Source: Octopus bimaculoides (taxonomy: Eukaryota). Taken from it: a stretch of DNA of 64,000 nt. The stretch's first letter is position 1. Every line of letters begins with the position of its first letter. Below, piece after piece: positions 1 to 11,284 of the stretch. The position numbers were made by a program, and so were the translations under genes. Below the pieces are notes generated by a model. That model worked only from the letters and a program-made list of their open reading frames with translations, was not told the DNA's origin and ran no database searches. Location of the stretch: contig NC_068988.1 of NCBI RefSeq assembly GCF_001194135.2, positions 9,778,860 to 9,842,859 on the forward strand. The letters run 5' to 3'.

Positions 1-156
1 CCTGACAATATTTTAGGTTAGGAATATTTTTTTTATTCAAAAACAAACTAATGAAGTGTATGATAGAGAGAACTATGGTTAAATAATAAAAAAAAATACC
101 TTAATTTATTAATCCGTGTCTCTTTTAGTACTGAAGTTATCTTTTTTGTTCCACAG

Positions 157-402
157 ATGTTTGACCGTACCTTGTGCTGCCGACAATTGAGGTATTCAGG
201 TATGATGGAAACTATCAGAATACGAAGAGCTGGCTATCCAATCCGACATCTCTTTAAAGACTTTGTCGATCGTTACCGTGTCCTGGCTTCAGGTATTCTG
301 GCTTCACACAAAGAGAACTGCCGAGAAGCATCTTACAAGATTTTGCAGATCGTTCTAAAAAATGCCGATTACCAGCTTGGGAAGACAAAAGTCTTTTTGA
401 AG
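157..402 (+). CDS. MYO7A: Myosin VIIa window exon 1 (motor end, SH1/converter)
   Basis: cag|ATGTTT...AAG|gtgagt; [28 protein letters not shown]...GKTKVFLK; phase 0/0. Confidence 0.97.
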
Positions 403-670
403 GTGAGTTTCATTTAATAACACGAGAACAATTTATCAAGGAAATTTTAAGTAATATTATTACATCCCCAATGTCTTGGGCCTTTTTTCTTGCAATCATC
501 ATCGTTATCATCATCATATGTCCATTGTCTACGCTGACATGGGTTGGACAGTTTGACCAGGGCTGGCTAGCTGGAAGGTGTACCAGACACCAGCTTGCCA
601 GCCCTGGTCAAACTATCCAACCCATCCATGAAAGAAATAATTTTTTTTTTTTTTATTATTGTTATTGTTA

Positions 671-1244
671 AGGTGGTGAGCTGGCAGAATTGTTAGCATA
701 CCAGGCGAAATGCTTAGCAGTAATTTATCCGTCTTTACGTTCTGAGTTCAAATTCTGCTGAGGTTGACTTTGCCTTTCACCCTTTCAGGGTCAATAAAAT
801 AAGTACCAGTTATACACTGAGGTCAGTGTAATCAACTACCCCACTCCCAACAAATTTTAAGCCTTGTGCCTGTAGTAGAAAGGATTATTATTATTAATAT
901 TATTATTATTAATATTATTATTATTATTAATATTATTATTATTAATATTATTATTATTATTATTAATATTATTATTATTATTATTAATATTATTATTATT
1001 ATTATTAATATTATTATTATTATTATTAATATTATTATTATTATTATTAAGGCAGTGAGCTGGCAGAATTCTTAGCATGCTGGACGAAATGCCTGCTACG
1101 TTCTGAGTTCAAATTCCACCAAGGTCAACTTTGCCTTTCATCCTTTCGGGGTCGATGAATTAAGTACCAGTTGAGTACTGAGGTCGATATAATCGATTAT
1201 CCCCCTTCCCCCAAATTTCAAGCCTTGTGCCTATAGTAGAAAGG

Positions 1245-1276
<32 letters not shown>

Positions 1277-1645
1277 CATTATTATTATTATTATTATTAT
1301 TCAGTGTGTGATGAGCAGAATTGTTAACATGTTTAACAAAATGTTTAGTAGCATTTTGTCTATCTCTACATTCTGAGTTCAAATTTTGCCAAGGTTGACT
1401 TAGCCTTTCATCCTTTCAAAGGTTGATGAAATAGGCACCAGTTGAGCACTGGGGGTCAATGTAATTGACCAGCCCCTTCATCAAATTTTTAGGCCTTGTG
1501 CCTGTAGTAGAAAGAGTTAGTAGTCAGGTGACAAGCTGGTAGGATTGTTAGTGCTTTGGACAAAATGCTTAGCAGATTTTCTTCTGTTTTTTTTTTACAT
1601 TCTAAGTTCAAATCTCACCAAGGTCGATTTATGCTTCGTCCTTCA
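671..1645 (+). mobile_element. Head-to-tail array of about 4 copies of SINE-like family A (aggtggtgagctggcagaa...ttctgagttcaaattc...gactttgcctttcatcctttc...aagtaccagtt; (ATT)n tail)
   Basis: The same approx. 215-nt unit recurs, with (ATT)n after the first two copies; many further copies across the window. Confidence 0.85.
884..1048. repeat. (ATT)n microsatellite with periodic AAT interruptions
   Basis: Runs of 4,4,5,4,6,6,6,6,6 ATT separated by AAT. Confidence 0.95.
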
Positions 1646-1721
1646 AAACAGGAAAATTGTATCATAAAACCAAAGTGGTTTCAGGTGTGTTCATATCAAA
1701 AGGGTAATATATGAATATTTA

Positions 1722-2028
1722 TTGTGTCTAGGGAAAGTCATTCTCTTTTAGTGCCTTGTTAATTTAACACACTCACCGGTCTGATTTCCACTCATCTACT
1801 CATTACTTTTTATGTATGTGTCTGCACACACACACTGACGCGCATACATGCGTACAAAAATTTTAAAATAACACAATTCCGATAATGGACCAAATCGATG
1901 ACTATTGAAAGGTTGCAAATCGCAATGAAAATTTTGGTAAGAAATAATAAGTAAATTAATAGAAATTAGACTGGTGAGTGTGTTAAATTTATAAGGCACT
2001 AATTGAGAATGACTCTCCCCAGACACAA
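1722..2028. mobile_element. MITE with approx. 65-bp imperfect TIRs, TA-flanked
   Basis: Left TTGTGTCTAGGGAAAGTCATTCTC...TTTAACACACTCACC is the reverse complement of right GGTGAGTGTGTTAAA...GAGAATGACTCTCCCCAGACACAA; partial copy at approx. 22921-23030. Confidence 0.85.
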
Positions 2029-2200
2029 TAAAATATGCTTCAACACACGAATTCACATAAAGAATCTTGCAAACCACATACAAAAATGAAATGAATATTA
2101 GTTGTAAACATGTTAAAGATACGGGCAACTGTTGCTGAGATGCTTTACATGTTAATGCTTTCTGCTGTATTTTATGCAGTCAGTTTTTGTGAGTCTTTTT

Positions 2201-2634
2201 TTAACCCTTTAGTATGCTTAAAAGTAATGCTTATTTTAAAAAATTGTTTTGTACTAACCATGCATTATCGATAATGTAATAGTTTTTATTTTTAGAATGA
2301 CATTGTAGGGTATGTTTTATGTCCTTGATATCCTTGTATGTTGGATATATGATATAACAAAGCAGTGGGGGAAATAAAGGATATACATGAATGCAATACG
2401 ATTACTATTTCACAAGACTCAACGCTCCTAATCAACGGCTCACAGTGAACTGCTTTCCAGCATGAACTGCCAATCGCTCACAGTTCTTTACTTTGTAATG
2501 AGACAGTCTACCTTGGTGAGTGGTTGGAATCCCTTCACAACAGTATGTTGGAAAGGCTGGATTTGGTCACTTTGAGCATAAAACAGGTAGAATATTTTGG
2601 CCGGATTTGGTCAGTTTAAATGTTAAAGGGTTAA
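2201..2634. mobile_element. piggyBac-type MITE family E (TTAA|CCCTTTAG...TAAAGGG|TTAA) with an internal insertion
   Basis: TTAA on both sides, CCC/GGG ends; related copies at approx. 6180-6449 and 8733-8936. Confidence 0.75.
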
Positions 2635-2697
2635 CGCATTGCACATTTACTGCAGACATGTTTTCACATGCTTATTGGATTTTGTTTCTTATTTTAG

Positions 2698-2877
2698 GAT
2701 GCCCAAGATGTATTCCTTGAACAGCAGAGAGAGGAAGTGATGACTCATAAAATTCTCATCATTCAGAAGACAATTCGTGCTTGGGCTGTAAGACGAAGAT
2801 TTGTGCAAATGAGAAATGGTGTGATTGTCATTCAGCGTTCATGGAAAGCCTTTGAAGCAAGAAGACGATTCAGAAGA
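2698..2877 (+). CDS. MYO7A: Myosin VIIa exon 2 (first IQ motifs)
   Basis: tag|GAT...AGA|gtaagt; DAQDVFLEQQREEVMTHKILIIQKTIRAW...IQRSWKAFEARRRFRR. Confidence 0.95.
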
Positions 2878-2994
2878 GTAAGTTGGAACGAAAAGCTCTT
2901 TCTTCGTTGCTCCAGCTGAGGAGTTTTCTCTAACTCTGTGTTGATATTCAAACTCAGTATTATATTTTCTCACTCTCTCTCTCTTTCCCTATAC

Positions 2995-3030
<36 letters not shown>

Positions 3031-3325
3031 AGATAGATATAACATGTATACATATAGGCATAGGAGTGGCTGTGTGGTAAGTAGCTTGCTTACAAACCAA
3101 ATAGTTCTGGGTTCAGTCCCACTGCATGGCAACTTGGACAAGTGTCTCCTACTGTAGCCTCAGGCCGACCAAAGCCTTATGAATGGATTTGGTTCACGGA
3201 AACTGAAAGAAACCTGTCGTCTATATGTATATATATGTGTGTGTGTGTTTGTGTGTCTGTGTTTGTCCCCCCCAACATCGCTTGACAACTGATGCTGATG
3301 TGTTTACGTCCCCGGAACGTAGCAG

Positions 3326-3502
3326 ATGGTATACATATAAGATTCCAATACCTTGTGAGTAAAATACAATAGTGTTTGTCATTCCAAGTAAAATCCAATA
3401 GTATTGGTCATTCCAAGTATACAAACTTTATACATGGAATGACCAATTTTAAATACTATTGGATTTTACTCACAAGGTATTGGAATCTTATATGTATACC
3501 AT
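3326..3502. repeat. Foldback inverted repeat (40-bp perfect outer arms plus inner hairpin)
   Basis: 3326-3365 is the exact reverse complement of 3463-3502; inner TTGGTCATTCCA/TGGAATGACCAA arms. Confidence 0.92.
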
Positions 3503-3628
3503 TCTGCCTAAATAATGGATCTACAAATGCAATATCCCTGCATATCTCACATCTATTTTCATTCTTCCACTTCACTCTCTATTTCGTATCTTATCTAAAT
3601 TAACTATTGCTTAACCATTTTCTCACAC

Positions 3629-3677
3629 CATCTCTGATGAAGGGATATAATAAATATCCTGGAAACAGCTGTAAGAC
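3629..3677 (+). ncRNA. Minimal hammerhead-like motif, canonical CUGAUGA core, degenerate stems
   Basis: CTGATGA 3634-3640; stem II GGGATAT/ATATCCT; GAA; palindromic stem III ACAGCTGT; UA cleavage site then AGA pairing with upstream TCT. Confidence 0.55.
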
Positions 3678-4283
3678 TTTCTCTTTATAAATGTTCTAAG
3701 ATCTTCACAGCCTTGGTTTTTTATCTCATTCCGAAAAAATTTTTATATATATATATATATATATAAAGAGAGAGAGACATAGATACACACATGCTCTCAT
3801 GCATATAATAATTTTATTAAACATCTTAAATTACTATGCCAAACTTGTACAATATTCTACCTCTCCCTAGTATTTCTCTCATTACATCTACAACAATTGT
3901 GATGAAAGCTATCCATTACGAAAGAAGTTTAATATTAACAAAACATGCCCAGAGTTGTCTCCCATATGTAATCAAATTATTAGAATATTATTTATCATTG
4001 TGATAATATTATTTCTTTGCTATATGATTCATGTCTACTCCATTAAACATGTAAGCTCTAACTTAACTGATATTGTCCATGTATATGGTGCACCTGAGTA
4101 ATTATCTATGCTCATTAACAACATTATATATATCATTATCATTACATGAATTCATTTGTTTCTAATGGTACCAATATCTAACTTTTCAAAAACCACATTA
4201 TTAGAATTAAAACACATATTAATGTGCACCAATTAAAGCATAATTTGTAATTTATTTTCTCTCTCATCATTATCATTATTTAG

Positions 4284-4502
4284 ATGAAGTATGGTTACAT
4301 GCGACTCCAAGCCTTGTCCCGTGCGCGGATACTTACCTACAGCTACCTTCAGTTACGCCACAAAATCATCAACTTCCAATGCCGTGCTCATGGCTACCTG
4401 GTACGTCAAGCTCTGAGGAAACGGTGCGTTGCCATTGTGAAGATTCAGTCTGGTGTCAGAGCCATGATTGCCAGGAAACGATTCCGACGTCTTAAAATTG
4501 AG
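4284..4502 (+). CDS. MYO7A: Myosin VIIa exon 3 (further IQ motifs)
   Basis: tag|ATG...GAG|gtaagt; MKYGYMRLQALSRAR...IQSGVRAMIARKRFRRLKIE. Confidence 0.95.
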
Positions 4503-4620
4503 GTAAGTTAAAATGAAGTAAAGCAGATATTGCTTTAAATCTCTCTCTCCTTCACTTTCTTCCTTATTGCCTTTCACTCTCTCTCTCTCTCTCTATCTCC
4601 CTCCCTCCTTCTCCCCCCCC

Positions 4621-5423
4621 NNNNNNNNNNNNNNNNNNNNNNNNNNNNNNNNNNNNNNNNNNNNNNNNNNNNNNNNNNNNNNNNNNNNNNNNNNNNNNNN
4701 NNNNNNNNNNNNNNNNNNNNNNNNNNNNNNNNNNNNNNNNNNNNNNNNNNNNNNNNNNNNNNNNNNNNNNNNNNNNNNNNNNNNNNNNNNNNNNNNNNNN
4801 NNNNNNNNNNNNNNNNNNNNNNNNNNNNNNNNNNNNNNNNNNNNNNNNNNNNNNNNNNNNNNNNNNNNNNNNNNNNNNNNNNNNNNNNNNNNNNNNNNNN
4901 NNNNNNNNNNNNNNNNNNNNNNNNNNNNNNNNNNNNNNNNNNNNNNNNNNNNNNNNNNNNNNNNNNNNNNNNNNNNNNNNNNNNNNNNNNNNNNNNNNNN
5001 NNNNNNNNNNNNNNNNNNNNNNNNNNNNNNNNNNNNNNNNNNNNNNNNNNNNNNNNNNNNNNNNNNNNNNNNNNNNNNNNNNNNNNNNNNNNNNNNNNNN
5101 NNNNNNNNNNNNNNNNNNNNNNNNNNNNNNNNNNNNNNNNNNNNNNNNNNNNNNNNNNNNNNNNNNNNNNNNNNNNNNNNNNNNNNNNNNNNNNNNNNNN
5201 NNNNNNNNNNNNNNNNNNNNNNNNNNNNNNNNNNNNNNNNNNNNNNNNNNNNNNNNNNNNNNNNNNNNNNNNNNNNNNNNNNNNNNNNNNNNNNNNNNNN
5301 NNNNNNNNNNNNNNNNNNNNNNNNNNNNNNNNNNNNNNNNNNNNNNNNNNNNNNNNNNNNNNNNNNNNNNNNNNNNNNNNNNNNNNNNNNNNNNNNNNNN
5401 NNNNNNNNNNNNNNNNNNNNNNN
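4621..5423. other. Assembly gap (803 N); other large gaps at 10541-11015, 15159-15696, 37393-37888; 10-N gaps at 38497, 42453, 49007, 59318
   Basis: N runs in the sequence. Confidence 0.99.
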
Positions 5424-5497
5424 TTGAAGAGGAAAACAAACTCCGTAAAAATATGACTGAGAAAAAAGCCAAACAAGAGGCGGACAAACTTCACCAG
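5424..5497 (+). CDS. MYO7A: Myosin VIIa exon 4, 5' part lost in gap (SAH-like region)
   Basis: Immediately after the N-gap: EEENKLRKNMTEKKAKQEADKLHQ then CAG|gtatgt; resembles human [24 protein letters not shown]. Confidence 0.9.
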
Positions 5498-5557
5498 GTA
5501 TGTCATCATCTACAAGTCTGTAGAATTTGATATCATTGTTCAATGTCTTTCATGGTG

Positions 5558-5588
<31 letters not shown>

Positions 5589-5715
5589 CAAGAATAAATA
5601 TCGCCATCCATTTAGAGAAAAATTTGTAGTTTAAAATCAGTAATTCTTTGACTGCTATTTCTAAATTTTCAGTATGTTGGAGAAGCAACTCAATGCTAAT
5701 CCCTGTATATTTATG

Positions 5716-5768
<53 letters not shown>

Positions 5769-6702
5769 ATAAACATTGAGGCAATTGATAAATTGTATTT
5801 CATAGTGATTTTTTTTAATTTGGCATAAATATAATTTTTGCATGAGGGGCACGAAGACTCTTGATTGGTGGGTGCAATGGGTGCAAGCGCTCGCCCTAAA
5901 ATTTTGGGTGGGGATAATGAAATGCTTTGAACATCTTGGATTGGACCTAGGCTTGTACCCCTCAAGCAAATTCCATTCCTGCACATATGGAAGGACAGAC
6001 ACAACAGCTATGTTGTTAAGAAGTTCATTTCACAGTCATTACACGTTTTGGAGTTTTATGTCACAGAGTGGCACCTTGTGGACATGGCTTGTACTATGCT
6101 TTGTGAATCAAATTTGGTAGGTAGAAACTATATGGAATTCCTGTGTGTTTGAAGAATGAACTAGCTAAGACTAAATGTCTTAAGCCTTTAGTATTTAAAC
6201 CAGGCATATCTCACCCGAGTATTCTACCTATCTTATGCTCAAACCACCCAGATCCAGCCTCTCACACTTACCCTATGATATCATTCTAAGAAGATATTAT
6301 TACCTCATCGTAACTTTAAAGCTACAAGATAACGCATGACAAGTTCAAAAGACTGTAAATAACTAAACATCCTACCCATGCATGCATGGAAGATGGATGT
6401 TAAGCGGTGATGATGATTCGACAGAGTAATCTAAGAGTTAAAGGATTAACTTGGACATAATGTCACATCCGTGGTAGGAGACAAACATTCAGTTCTTCAC
6501 TTTTCCAACCAGCAATTTGACATATGTTCCTTTTAGCAAGCTGCAGTTCTTTAACAAAATTCACATCTCAGATATGCAATGCTGGTGTTATTTCTGAAAT
6601 TTACTGTACTTTATTTTTCACCAAATTTAAAATTTGGTTTGATATCTTCTTGTTATGAGATGTAAAAATATAGTTTAACTCATTGACTGCAAAAAGCAGG
6701 TA

Positions 6703-6921
6703 CAGAAACCCCTCGACTATCGCAGGTGTTACATTCCAAAAAACCCTGCAATAGGTTTAAATCTGTTAAGCAGAAACAGTACTGTACTGCATATTTTCTT
6801 TAATGATTTTTATAACTTGTATATATTTTATTACAAATGCAAAACAACATCACAGAGGAATTGATGTAAGCTTAAATAATAAACCGCGATAGGTGAACCA
6901 TGATATGGCGAGGGATTACTG
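6703..6921. mobile_element. pogo/Tigger-like MITE
   Basis: TA|CAGAAACCCCTCG...CGAGGGATTACTG|TA; imperfect TIRs and TA TSD. Confidence 0.7.
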
Positions 6922-7249
6922 TATATCCACTCAGCTCTATTACCCTTAACTGCAGAAAGTAATTTTGTCCACCAATCTATCTTTTGTAGAGAACTTCTGT
7001 TTGAAACTACTTTTTGTTGCAACATGTAAGTCGAGAGAAAATCGTATTCTTTGCTAGATTTTTTTAACATCAATAACGGAATAAACACGGTGAAAGTGTT
7101 AAAATGATGAAGGGTATGAACTTTGCCAAAGCTTGCATGTATTGTTGTGTTCTGTCTTCCATCTCCCTTCTGGACATGTTAGCCTTCATGATTTCTGTTA
7201 TAGTTTGTGGTCTCTTCTTCTGATTCTCTCCCTTGTCTGATTTTTGCAG

Positions 7250-7384
7250 GAAAGACTTGCTTCCATCAAAAAAGCTCGAGAAGATGAAGAACTGAAAGAA
7301 CGCGAAGAAGCAAGCAGAAAAAATAGAGAAATTCAAATAGCAGAACAGAAGCGCAATGAGAATAAAATTGATTATGACAAAATT
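7250..7384 (+). CDS. MYO7A: Myosin VIIa exon 5 (charged helix)
   Basis: cag|GAA...ATT|gtaaat; ERLASIKKAREDEELKEREEASRK...IDYDKI. Confidence 0.88.
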
Positions 7385-7807
7385 GTAAATATTTTTTCCT
7401 TCCTTAAAAGTTTAATAATAATGATGATGTTGTTGACATCATAGAGTTATGATTATTATTATTATTATTATTATTTTAGAAAAGTTCTGAAAATGTTGAA
7501 ATTATTTTTGCAGATGATTTGAAAATACATAATTTAAATGTAAATTTAGATAAAGATTTTCTAATTTATCAAACATGTCACTTAAACAGTTGTTAGAAGT
7601 TTCACAAAATTGTTTATAGAAAATTACTGTAGCTTGCTAACCAACCACATGGTTCCAATATTTTGATTGCATTTAATATGAATGTTTCAAGTAGTTATGT
7701 AAAAATAACCCTTACATAATACCACATATTTCAGTTGTGTGTGTGTATATATGTGTGTATGCATGTGTTGCAATGCATTTCAATTATCCAATCTTCTTTT
7801 GTTTCAG

Positions 7808-7879
7808 GTTGGAGATATGTTTGGTCCCATCTATGATGCAGCCGGCCAAAAGATTGAGACATCATCCTCAATGTTTGGT
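7808..7879 (+). CDS. MYO7A: Myosin VIIa exon 6 (divergent linker)
   Basis: cag|GTT...GGT|gtaaat; VGDMFGPIYDAAGQKIETSSSMFG (human VDKMFG at this position); phase 0/0. Confidence 0.8.
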
Positions 7880-9484
7880 GTAAATATGGATTTTTAAATA
7901 TATTTTCTTGTTTTCTGTCCTTTAATATCATCTGACAAATTCCTCATTTTTAGAAACAAGCTTCATTAATTCAAATACATTGATTGCAGATTAAAAATCA
8001 ATGTTTCATTTTGCTTCTCAAGGTTTAATGAAAATCACAAGCTGTCAGAATCATTAGCACAGTGGTCCATCATTACGTTCTGAGTTCAAATTCTGTCCAG
8101 GTTGACTTAGCCTTTCATCCTTTTGAGGTCAATAAAATAAGTACCAGTTGTGTACTGGGGTCAATGTAATTGACTTGACCCCCCTCCCACCACCACCACC
8201 AAAAAAAGAAAAAGACTTGCTGTCCTTGTATCAAAATTTGAAACTGGTATAACGATCCATATAAAAAGAAGAGTGATTGGTGTATTTTACCTGATATATA
8301 TATTCAGATGTGCAAATATTTAAAGCATTTATGGCATTAAAACTTTCATTATCAACTCCAAATTTGACCAAAATGCTGTTTTTGTAGTCCAATCTATTTG
8401 TATTTCTGTCACAAGATATTCCTTAATCTAGTTTTAAAATGCGTTAATTGTAACTATTAATTAAAGCAAGGGAAAAAAAATCTAGATTTCGTTTTTCACA
8501 TGTTTAGTACATTTATGTTACTTTAAGTTTTGGCTCAGATGTATTTAGACAAGTTGGGAAATTAAGTATTTGAGCCAGAATAACTGAACTTCCTTACTGC
8601 AAAGTGAAAGAGAGAGGTTAATGGCAGGATGAGGGGGTTCTGGGTTTTATCAACACCATATTTCAGAACATTGGAAAGTGAGGTTTTGCCAGGATAGAAG
8701 AGAGGGGCTTATTGATAATGGATAAGAGAGGATTAACCCTTTAGCATATGATGCTTCGTTATCCTCATTGTTTTGAATTCATCATGCATCATTTTGTAGC
8801 TTAGAGATTTTGATGGGATTTAGTTTTAGAATGACATTGTAGAGCAGGTGTGATAAGCTGATTCTGACCAGTTTCAACATGAAAGAAGTAGAATATCTTC
8901 AGTCAGATATAGCTGGTTTAACTGCTAAAGAGTAAAATAATTTTCTTTCAGACATTTCCATAATAATCTTGGTTAGGTTTGTTTATGGAACAGGGAGCTG
9001 GAGACCTTAGCTCAAGATTTGTTGCTAAGCATTATTTTGATCTTTTTATGGGCCCCAATTTGATACTAAATAACCCCTGGTTGTACTTTTCAAACTTGGA
9101 TGCAAATTGATTGGCAGTAAGATGCCAGCTCAGCTGACAATTCCCAAAATAGTTACTTTGGGATCCAAGTGTTTTCATTCTCTTGCAGCAGACCTCTTTT
9201 GAGAAAAATCTCTTCTACCTATACACTTTGATGTACACAAACAATAGCACTGCAGACAGGGAAAAGCAGTGGGAGTTGGTTCAACAGAATTGTGAGATGC
9301 TTTTGCTGTAAGTTTGGTCAAAATAGTTGGAAATGAATAAACTCTGCTGAAGAAACCCAAGGGCCAGGAATGGGCAGTTTGTTTCACCTATCATCAAAAT
9401 TCTGTCTAAACTCTATTTTTTCTATTCTTTCAAAATAGAAAATATTCTTTAAAGTCATTTATTCCCATTTTCTCTTTATTACAG

Positions 9485-9685
9485 AGTACAAGTTTCGAAA
9501 GAGCAAAGGTTGCTGAAGGGGAGACCAACATACAGCCACTTCACTTACCTGACCAAGAATTACTGCAGGAATACAAATTTCCTAAGTTTGTTTCTCTCTA
9601 TTTCCAAAACAATGCCTCCAGTATCTATATTAGACGGGCTCTCAACGAACCATTGTTACACCTTCAAAACCCAGGAGATCAAATG
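9485..9685 (+). CDS. MYO7A: Myosin VIIa exon 7 (start of MyTH4-1)
   Basis: cag|AGT...ATG|gtaaat; ...LQEYKFPKFVSLYFQNNASSIYIRRALNEPLLHLQNPGDQM. Confidence 0.93.
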
Positions 9686-9984
9686 GTAAATTCAGAATCA
9701 GTTATATGTCACCTTCATCTATTTCCATTCCTGGCTTTATTTCTTTTAAACTCTTTTATCGTCATCATCATCGTCATCATTTGGTGTTAGGAAGGACGTC
9801 CAAATGTAAAACCCCTGCCAAATCAGACAACATGAGCCTGGTGCTGCCCCTCAGCCTACCAGCCCTGGTCAAACAGTCCAACCCATGCCAGCATGGATAA
9901 TAGACATTTACTGATGCTGATGATGACGATCATCGTCATCATTATCATCCTTTAATGTCTCTTTTCTATACTGGCATGCGTTGA

Positions 9985-10540
9985 GTGGTTTTTTTATGTT
10001 CTGAGTTCAAATCCCAGCAAGGTCAACTTTACCTTTCATCTTTGCGGGGTGAATAAAATAAGTACTAATTGAACACTGAGGTCAATATAATCAACTTAGA
10101 CCCTCCCCCGAAATTGCTGGCCTTGTGCCAAAATTTGAAGCTATTATTATTAAGGTGGTGAATTGGCAGAACCATTAGCATGCTGGACAAAATGCTTAGC
10201 GGTATTTCATCCGTCCTTGCATTCTGAGTTCAAATTCTGCCGAGGTTGACTTTGCCTTTCATCCTTTCTAGGCCTATGAAATAAATACCAGTTATGCACT
10301 GGGATCAATGTAATCAACTAGTCCCCGTTCCAAACGTTTCAAGCTTGTGCCTTTAATAGAAAGGATTATCATCATCATCATCATTATTATTATTATTATT
10401 ATTATTATTAAGGTGGTGAGCTGGCAGAATCATTAGCAGGCCAGGCGAAATGCTTGGCAACATTTCATCTGTCTTTATGTTCTGAGTTCAAATTCAACCG
10501 AGGTCAGCTTTACCTTTCATTTTTAAAGGGTTAATAAAAT
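9985..10540 (+). mobile_element. Array of 3 family-A SINE-like copies running into a gap
   Basis: Same unit as 671-1645, separated by ATT-type tails. Confidence 0.85.
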
Positions 10541-11079
10541 NNNNNNNNNNNNNNNNNNNNNNNNNNNNNNNNNNNNNNNNNNNNNNNNNNNNNNNNNNNN
10601 NNNNNNNNNNNNNNNNNNNNNNNNNNNNNNNNNNNNNNNNNNNNNNNNNNNNNNNNNNNNNNNNNNNNNNNNNNNNNNNNNNNNNNNNNNNNNNNNNNNN
10701 NNNNNNNNNNNNNNNNNNNNNNNNNNNNNNNNNNNNNNNNNNNNNNNNNNNNNNNNNNNNNNNNNNNNNNNNNNNNNNNNNNNNNNNNNNNNNNNNNNNN
10801 NNNNNNNNNNNNNNNNNNNNNNNNNNNNNNNNNNNNNNNNNNNNNNNNNNNNNNNNNNNNNNNNNNNNNNNNNNNNNNNNNNNNNNNNNNNNNNNNNNNN
10901 NNNNNNNNNNNNNNNNNNNNNNNNNNNNNNNNNNNNNNNNNNNNNNNNNNNNNNNNNNNNNNNNNNNNNNNNNNNNNNNNNNNNNNNNNNNNNNNNNNNN
11001 NNNNNNNNNNNNNNNTATTATTATTATTAATATTATTATTAATATTATTATTAATATTATTGCATTTTCTTTTTACTAG

Positions 11080-11166
11080 GCTGCTCTTGCTGTTTGGATT
11101 ACAATTCTGCGATTTATGGGAGACCTTCCTGAACCTAAATACCATACATCTATGGCAGATGCACGG
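11080..11166 (+). CDS. MYO7A: Myosin VIIa exon 8 (MyTH4-1)
   Basis: tag|GCT...CGG|gtcagt; [29 protein letters not shown]. Confidence 0.96.
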
Positions 11167-11284
11167 GTCAGTTCATCAATTTATTCCACTCTGATATACC
11201 ATTCCAAATTCCTTTTTCAACAGTTGTCTTTTGTTATGTACCTTTTTGTTTTTAATGGTCTTACCTGGTGGAAGAAACTGCATC

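Noticed and set aside
857-1078. Poly-Asn / poly-Ile / poly-Val ORFs (also 18842-19079, 36154-36420)
   Set aside because: Translations of (ATT)n and (ACC/ACT)n microsatellites; no protein evidence.
4564-5543. Long ORFs across 4564-5543, 10531-11145, 15114-15792 and 37177-38030
   Set aside because: Artefacts of N-runs translated as X; only the exon and RT fragments listed above are real.
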